From NCBI RefSeq assembly GCF_000023205.1, contig NC_012803.1, forward strand, positions 1 through 32,000: a DNA stretch of 32,000 bases. Reading direction: 5' to 3'. Shown here piece by piece: positions 27,406-32,000 of the stretch (its first letter is position 1; each line of letters begins with the position of its first letter). Made by a program: the position numbers and the translations under genes. This DNA is from Micrococcus luteus NCTC 2665 (GTDB taxonomy: Bacteria > Actinomycetota > Actinomycetes > Actinomycetales > Micrococcaceae). The notes below the pieces were generated by a model that made no database searches, was not told where the DNA came from, and saw nothing but the letters and a program-made list of their open reading frames with translations.

Positions 27406-28301
27406 CGCGACCCGCCCCCACGGGGATTCCGGTTGTGGTGGGCGGGTGCGGCCAGGGAGATGGTGAGCACGAGGTCATCGTCGCGCAGCAGCACCGGCAG
27501 GCTCTCGCCGATCAGCAGCCGTAGCAGCACGCCGCGTCCCGTGGTCGTGGCGGCGTAGGCGGGGTGTGGGTTGCCCAGCAGGGCCCGGAGCAGTGCTGTC
27601 CAGGAGTGGCTGGGGATGTCGAGGAGGGCGCGGGCGTGCTTGTCGCGGCGCAGTGCCTCGTAGGTGGCCTGGCGGGTGCCGGTCTTGGTCAGTGCCCCGC
27701 AAACGTGCTCGATGCTGGCCCGCGCGGTGGCCGGGGGCCAGTCCAGCAGGGTGAAAAACGCGATCGCGTCCTCGACGGCCGAGCCCGCCGACGTGCGCGC
27801 CCGCGATGACGCTGGCGCGCCGTCGTTCTCCTCATCCGTGGGCTGGGTGTCATCGGTGATCTGGAATGCGGGGTGGTAGTCGGCCAGCGGGTTCTCCCGG
27901 TCGGAGAAGCGTTCGGGGTCGTGGAACGCCGAGATGTGCGGGCGCCGGGCTTGGTGGACCGAGCACAGGAGTCCTTGGGCGCGTTCTTCGAAGATGCAGG
28001 TGATCCGTACCGCGTGGGTGATCACCGCCCACGGATCAATCGCCGTGCGGGCCGCTGTGGTGCGCATCACGTCGAACGCCGCGCTGGCGGCCTCCCACGG
28101 GTCAAGGCCATGCTTATGCGCCAGTGGCGCGTACTTCTCCGCCGCGTAGGCCATCAGTTCCGCGGCGGTGGGGTCGTGCTTCCACGCGGTCGTCCCGGCA
28201 GCGTGGAGCCGGTTGAGCAGGGAGCGCAGGCCTTCGCTGGTCGCGAAGTCCTCGCCGGTCTCGGTCGTCTGTTCTCTGGTGGTGTGGGTGTTCTCGGTCA
28301 T
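27402..28301 (-). CDS. Hypothetical protein (299 aa)
   Basis: The ATG at 28301 lies 10 nt after AGGAGG, and the stop overlaps the ParB-like start. No recognisable domain. Confidence 0.65.
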   Translation of the reverse strand: MTENTHTTREQTTETGEDFATSEGLRSLLNRLHAAGTTAWKHDPTAAELMAYAAEKYAPLAHKHGLDPWEAASAAFDVMRTTAARTAIDPWAVITHAVRITCIFEERAQGLLCSVHQARRPHISAFHDPERFSDRENPLADYHPAFQITDDTQPTDEENDGAPASSRARTSAGSAVEDAIAFFTLLDWPPATARASIEHVCGALTKTGTRQATYEALRRDKHARALLDIPSHSWTALLRALLGNPHPAYAATTTGRGVLLRLLIGESLPVLLRDDDLVLTISLAAPAHHNRNPRGGGSR

Positions 28302-28401
28302 GGTTGGGGCACCTCCTGACAGGCAGGTGCGCACGCCGTCCCCAACGACGACGTTTGCGCTGCCTGCCTCGGCGGTGCTCATGACCTCTCACCTGCTCAG
28401 C

Positions 28402-28836
28402 TCATCCGACCGGCGACCGCGACGGAACGGACTCGGTTGTCCTGCTGCGGCCGAAGGCCGACAGCGGCGGCAACCGGCGCGCCCGCTCACCAACCCCCCG
28501 CACACCGGTGTTCGTGGCGGTGCGGGTGCGGCGAGCCAACTCGACCTCGAAGTCGATGCCCCGCCCCGCCAATGCCGCACCGTGGCGGGCGAGCAGGTCC
28601 GTGGGCCGCACCCACTCCACCCCCCGCGCACGCAGGCCCGCATCCTGGGCGAGCCGCTCACGGGTGTTGCCCCGGAGACCAGCGATCCTCGCCGCTTGCA
28701 CTGCCTCTGGTGTCTCCGTCTTCTCGGCTGGCGGTGTCTCGACCTGCTCGGCTGGCGTCGACGGCGGGTGGCCGGTCTCCGGCACCGGCGGTCGCCGGTG
28801 AGGTTCCTGCTGCTGGTGGTCGTGATCGGGATTCAT
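28402..28836 (-). CDS. Hypothetical protein (144 aa), Pro/His/Gln-rich N-terminus
   Basis: The ATG at 28836 forms an ATGA overlap with the upstream DUF2637-HTH gene stop. No recognisable domain. Confidence 0.55.
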   Translation of the reverse strand: MNPDHDHQQQEPHRRPPVPETGHPPSTPAEQVETPPAEKTETPEAVQAARIAGLRGNTRERLAQDAGLRARGVEWVRPTDLLARHGAALAGRGIDFEVELARRTRTATNTGVRGVGERARRLPPLSAFGRSRTTESVPSRSPVG

Positions 28837-29651
28837 GCGTCCTTCGCCTCCTCGGCATCGACGTGTTCGGTGGTATCGGGAAGGTGCGCGCTGGTGAACC
28901 ACCGGCCCACCGTGGACGGGTGCACGCCCAGTTCCCGGGCGATCTTCTTGTTCGACCATCCCTGCCCGCGCAGCGCCGCCGCTCGCCCACGCCGGTCGGC
29001 GGAATCCGCAGCGGCATAGACCTGCGGCTCAGCGCGCCGGTCCGCTGATGCCTGCCTCGTGTCGGGAGTTGTGACGGGGTCGTTCTCCTGCGGGGTCGGC
29101 GCTGACAGCGCGGTGGCTTCCATGCCATCCGTTGGTGTCACCGCCGATACCGGCTCCCACGCTTCGTTCGGGCCGGGCTCCTCGATCGCTGCGGCTTCGA
29201 TCGCGGACTCGTCGGTGGATGTGGGCACCTCGGCGGCGGGTTGCGGGCGGGTGAGGATGACGGTCAGGTGGGTGATCGCCAGCAGCACCACTGGCGGCAC
29301 CGCCGCCACCGCCGCCGCCAGCACTCCGGGCACGTCGGCGTCGGCTGCCACCACGGCGTGGATCGCGTTGGCGGTCACCGACACGAGAGCGCCGCCGATC
29401 AGCAGCGCCCACGGATACCACGCCGACCGCTGGCCGGCCAGGGCGACGACGGCGACGGTGGCCACGACGATGATGCCGTCGACGATCAGCGGCCACGCCC
29501 ACGCCTGCGAGCCGCCGACCCCGGAGCGGGCGGCCAGGTCCGCCAACGCCGTGAACGACAGCCAGAACGCGCCGCCGGCGATGAACACCGTCCCGGCCAC
29601 CGCCGTGACCACCGCCCAACGTCGACTCGTCGGACTGCCAGGGACGGTCAT
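28833..29651 (-). CDS. DUF2637-like membrane protein fused to a C-terminal helix-turn-helix
   Basis: The ATG at 29651 forms an ATGA overlap with the Prim-Pol stop. It has about 4 TM helices (WAVVTAVAGTVFIAGGAFWLSF...), an acidic linker and an HTH (GWSNKKIARELGVHPSTVGRW). Confidence 0.75.
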   Translation of the reverse strand: MTVPGSPTSRRWAVVTAVAGTVFIAGGAFWLSFTALADLAARSGVGGSQAWAWPLIVDGIIVVATVAVVALAGQRSAWYPWALLIGGALVSVTANAIHAVVAADADVPGVLAAAVAAVPPVVLLAITHLTVILTRPQPAAEVPTSTDESAIEAAAIEEPGPNEAWEPVSAVTPTDGMEATALSAPTPQENDPVTTPDTRQASADRRAEPQVYAAADSADRRGRAAALRGQGWSNKKIARELGVHPSTVGRWFTSAHLPDTTEHVDAEEAKDA

Positions 29652-30592
29652 GACAGCCCCCGCATCGGAGCGGACGTCCGCACGGTCGCATCGCGAGCAA
29701 ACCACCCGTCCGCGGCTCGCGGCGAGCCCTGCACCGTCGATGAAGGGCGGGCTTGGCGTTGGGGGGTGCGGTAGGCCGAGCGGACGGTCGTCGTGATCTC
29801 CCGCTCGCCCAACCCCGATTCCGAGGCAGCGGCCGCGAGCACATCGAGCGCATCAGGGGCCGGGACACCGTTCTCGGCCAGTCGGCAGGCGGCCCAGAAC
29901 AGGCCCCGGTTCCGTTCCCCTTCGCCGCGGGCAGCGACCCACGCCACCAATCGCGACACATCCACGGACCGCACCACATCGTCGCCCGTCCTGGGCGGGA
30001 GCGTCGGGCGCGGGTCAAGGAAGTCCCGCAACCGGTCCGAATCCAGCGTCGCCGAGGGGCCGGTGTTGATCTGCCGCACCCGGTAGCCGACAGCTCCACC
30101 GTTGATGGACACCATCGAGGGTGGGAGGAGGATGTAGCCGCCACCGCCACGGAAGTCCACACCGGCACGCGCGGCCTGCCAGGACCGCTGCGCCCGGTCA
30201 GGTGTCGCCGGGTAGTAGGCGTGCATCCCACCCGACGGCGTGGACACCAGGAACGCCCACCCCGACACGAGGCCGGCACGGTGGGCGCGCTCGAACGCCT
30301 CGTACCCGTCGGTGGGGGCGTGGACATCGACGTCCACCACCACCATCCCGGAGGCGGCGCCGGTGGGGACAGCGAGGTTCGCATCCGGGTGCGTCCGCCA
30401 CCAGGCCTCCACCTGGCCAGGATCGGTGGTGGCGTCGTGGAAGCCATGCTCGGTGAGCGGACGCTTCCCGCCCGGCACGCACGGGAACACCGGCACGCCT
30501 GCGGCGGCGAGTTCTCGTGCTGCGGCGGAGGCCGGCCATGGCCCGGTCATCTGCGACAGCACACCCGCGAGCGCGTCCGTAGCGGCCATCAC
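29648..30592 (-). CDS. Bifunctional DNA primase/polymerase (Prim-Pol, AEP superfamily)
   Basis: 314 aa. Motifs are VFPCVPGGKRPL, the DxD motif VVVDVDVH, TPSGGMHAYY and GGGGYILLPPS. The start is GTG 30592 or ATG 30589, either of which overlaps the upstream stop. Confidence 0.85.
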   Translation of the reverse strand: MMAATDALAGVLSQMTGPWPASAAARELAAAGVPVFPCVPGGKRPLTEHGFHDATTDPGQVEAWWRTHPDANLAVPTGAASGMVVVDVDVHAPTDGYEAFERAHRAGLVSGWAFLVSTPSGGMHAYYPATPDRAQRSWQAARAGVDFRGGGGYILLPPSMVSINGGAVGYRVRQINTGPSATLDSDRLRDFLDPRPTLPPRTGDDVVRSVDVSRLVAWVAARGEGERNRGLFWAACRLAENGVPAPDALDVLAAAASESGLGEREITTTVRSAYRTPQRQARPSSTVQGSPRAADGWFARDATVRTSAPMRGLS

Positions 30593-30930
30593 AGATCCCG
30601 TCCCTGCATCACGGCCGCGCTGGCCACCGGTCGGGGACCCGTTTCGGGCACAGCCTCGACCTGCCTGCCCGACGCTGCGCGTTCGGGTGCTGAGCGCTCA
30701 TGGGATGGCTGGTTGCGCTGCGGCGTCTCACGGTCGAGCCCCGGTGGAGTGCCGTCACCGACCTGGGCGGTGTCGAGCTGATCGAGGATCGTCAGCGCCG
30801 TCTTGCGGACCCGCTCGCCGGTGGCCTTGACGATCTCGACCGGTTCCTTGCCGTCCACCCGCGCCGCCCAGGTCGACACGTACGGGATCGTGTACCCGGT
30901 CGTGTCCATGTGATGGGCGGCACCGATCAT
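30589..30930 (-). CDS. Hypothetical protein, first gene of the - strand array (113 aa, or 106 aa from the ATG at 30910)
   Basis: Its stop overlaps the Prim-Pol start, and GC3 is high in the first half. There is no obvious RBS. The putative IS256-family end lies about 10 nt upstream, so the N-terminus may not be native. Confidence 0.5.
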   Translation of the reverse strand: MIGAAHHMDTTGYTIPYVSTWAARVDGKEPVEIVKATGERVRKTALTILDQLDTAQVGDGTPPGLDRETPQRNQPSHERSAPERAASGRQVEAVPETGPRPVASAAVMQGRDL

Positions 30931-30940
30931 CAGCGCCACC

Positions 30941-32000
30941 GATAGTTGAGTCCCGCATAGTGGTGTAGCGCACGGTGACTGGGCACGTCGTTCCGGATGT
31001 GGACGCGGCCACCGTGTGATCCTTCGAGTCAACCTTCCACAGAATCCTCGAACGGAGTCATCACGATGACCGCTCCTCATATTGTCGACCCTGCCGGCCT
31101 GCTCGGCGAAGCCCTGTCCGAAGCATCCCCGGATTTGATGCGTTCGTTGCTGCAGACCGTGATCAACTCCCTGCTCTCCGCTGACGCCGACGCGGTGGTC
31201 GGCGCCGAATGGGGTAAACCCACCCCGGGCCGAGCTACCCAGCGCAACGGGTACCGGCACCGGGACCTGGACACCCGGGTCGGGACCCTGGACGTGGCGA
31301 TCCCCAAACTCAGGTCGGGCACGTACTTCCCGGAGTGGCTGCTCGAGCGCCGCAAAAGGGCCGAATCCGCGCTGATCACGGTGGTCGCCGACTGCTACCT
31401 GGCCGGGGTCTCGACCCGGCGGATGGACAAACTGGTCAAGACCCTCGGGATCAACGCGCTGTCGAAGTCCCAGGTCTCGCGGATGGCCACCGAGCTGGAC
31501 GAGCAGGTCGAGTCCTTCCGTCATCGCCCGCTCGGGGAGGCTGGGCCGTTCACGTTCGTGGCCGCCGACGCGCTGAGCATGAAGGTCCGCGAGGGCGGCC
31601 GGGTGGTCAACGCCGTGGTGCTGCTGGCCACCGGGGTCAATGGTGACGGCCACCGCGAGGTCCTCGGCCTGCGGGTGGCCACCTCGGAGACGGGGTCGGC
31701 GTGGAACGAGTTCTTCGCCGACCTGGTGGCCCGGGGCCTGACCGGAGTCCGCCTGGTCACTTCCGACGCCCACACCGGGCTCAAGGACGCCATCGCCGCG
31801 AACCTGCCCGGAGCGACCTGGCAGCGGTGCCGGACCCACTACGCGGCGAACCTGATGGGCATCACCCCCAAGTCCATGTGGCCGGCCGTGAAGGCCATGC
31901 TGCACTCGGTGTATGACCAGCCCGACGCCGCCAGCGTGGACGCCCAGTTCGACCGGCTGCTGGACTACGTCAGCGAAAAGCTGCCCGCGGTGGCCGAACA
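30941..32000 (+). mobile_element. IS256-family insertion sequence (partial; right end outside the window)
   Basis: It carries the transposase ORF listed below. The candidate left terminus gatagttgagtcccgcatagtggtgta at 30941 resembles my recollection of IS256 ends and lies 125 nt before the ATG. The boundary is unverified because the right inverted repeat is not in the window. Confidence 0.7.
31066..32000 (+). CDS. IS256-family (Mutator-like) transposase, 3-prime truncated by the window end
   Basis: Not in the ORF track because it has no stop in the window. My own translation from the ATG at 31066: MTAPHIVDPAGLLGEALSEASPDLMRSLLQTVINSLLSADADAVVGAEWGKPTPGRATQRNGYRHRDLDTRVGTLDVAIPKLRSGTYFPEWLLERRKRAESALITVVADCYLAGVSTRRMDKLVKTLGI...VTSDAHTGLKDAIA. 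This is a typical IS256 transposase N-terminus and DDE region. Confidence 0.9.
   Translation, partial: MTAPHIVDPAGLLGEALSEASPDLMRSLLQTVINSLLSADADAVVGAEWGKPTPGRATQRNGYRHRDLDTRVGTLDVAIPKLRSGTYFPEWLLERRKRAESALITVVADCYLAGVSTRRMDKLVKTLGINALSKSQVSRMATELDEQVESFRHRPLGEAGPFTFVAADALSMKVREGGRVVNAVVLLATGVNGDGHREVLGLRVATSETGSAWNEFFADLVARGLTGVRLVTSDAHTGLKDAIAANLPGATWQRCRTHYAANLMGITPKSMWPAVKAMLHSVYDQPDAASVDAQFDRLLDYVSEKLPAVAE

Larger units (their letters stand above)
11725..32000 (-). mobile_element. T4SS-type integrative conjugative element (partial; right end outside the window)
   Basis: It starts immediately after the conserved tRNA-Ile/tRNA-Ala pair. It carries a serine recombinase plus T4CP, VirB4-like, VirB6-like, hydrolase, SSB, ParB-like and Prim-Pol genes in one strand-biased, overlapping gene array. 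Sampled 60-nt stretches near 11.8-11.9 kb are about 53-63% GC, against about 68% in one sampled gyrA stretch. Confidence 0.8.

Noticed and set aside
29029-30447. 472-aa - strand ORF and the + strand ORFs 29059..29796 and 29753..30781
   Set aside because: They are alternative-frame or antisense shadows of the Prim-Pol and DUF2637-HTH genes, with Arg/Gly/Pro-rich low-complexity translations.
30931-31905. Upstream part of the 438-aa - strand ORF 30589..31905
   Set aside because: Beyond about 30930 it is antisense to the IS256-family transposase, whose + strand translation is highly characteristic. Only the last 113 or so codons (30589..30930) were kept as a possible real gene.

Overview
High-GC actinobacterial window, possibly Micrococcales-like (genus not determinable from sequence alone), in two parts. 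(1) Positions 1 to about 11,725 hold the chromosomal replication-origin neighbourhood, all on the + strand: DnaA boxes, dnaA, a dense oriC DnaA-box cluster, dnaN, recF, a DUF721/DciA-like gene, gyrB, gyrA, a DUF3566-type membrane protein, tRNA-Ile, a 53-codon micro-ORF missing from the ORF track, and tRNA-Ala. (2) From directly after tRNA-Ala to the window end lies at least 20 kb of a T4SS-type integrative conjugative element (ICE), almost entirely on the - strand and tightly translationally coupled. Its genes are a large serine recombinase, SSB, a VirD4/TraG-type coupling protein, a VirB4-like ATPase, a VirB6/TrbL-like protein, two paralogous small pilin-like membrane proteins, a multi-domain cell-wall hydrolase, an orphan ParB-like protein, a DUF2637-HTH protein, a Prim-Pol, and several unknown ORFs. 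One opposite-strand SAM methyltransferase interrupts the operon, and a partial IS256-family element sits at the right edge. The right end of the ICE is not in the window, and no relaxase is recognisable. The points most worth follow-up are a 33-bp perfect palindrome inside the ParB-like gene, a recombinase ORF that only terminates inside antisense tRNA-Ala, a nested inverted-repeat structure upstream of the recombinase, and the pilin-like gene pair split by the methyltransferase. Many long ORFs in the supplied track are antisense shadow ORFs typical of high-GC DNA and were rejected.
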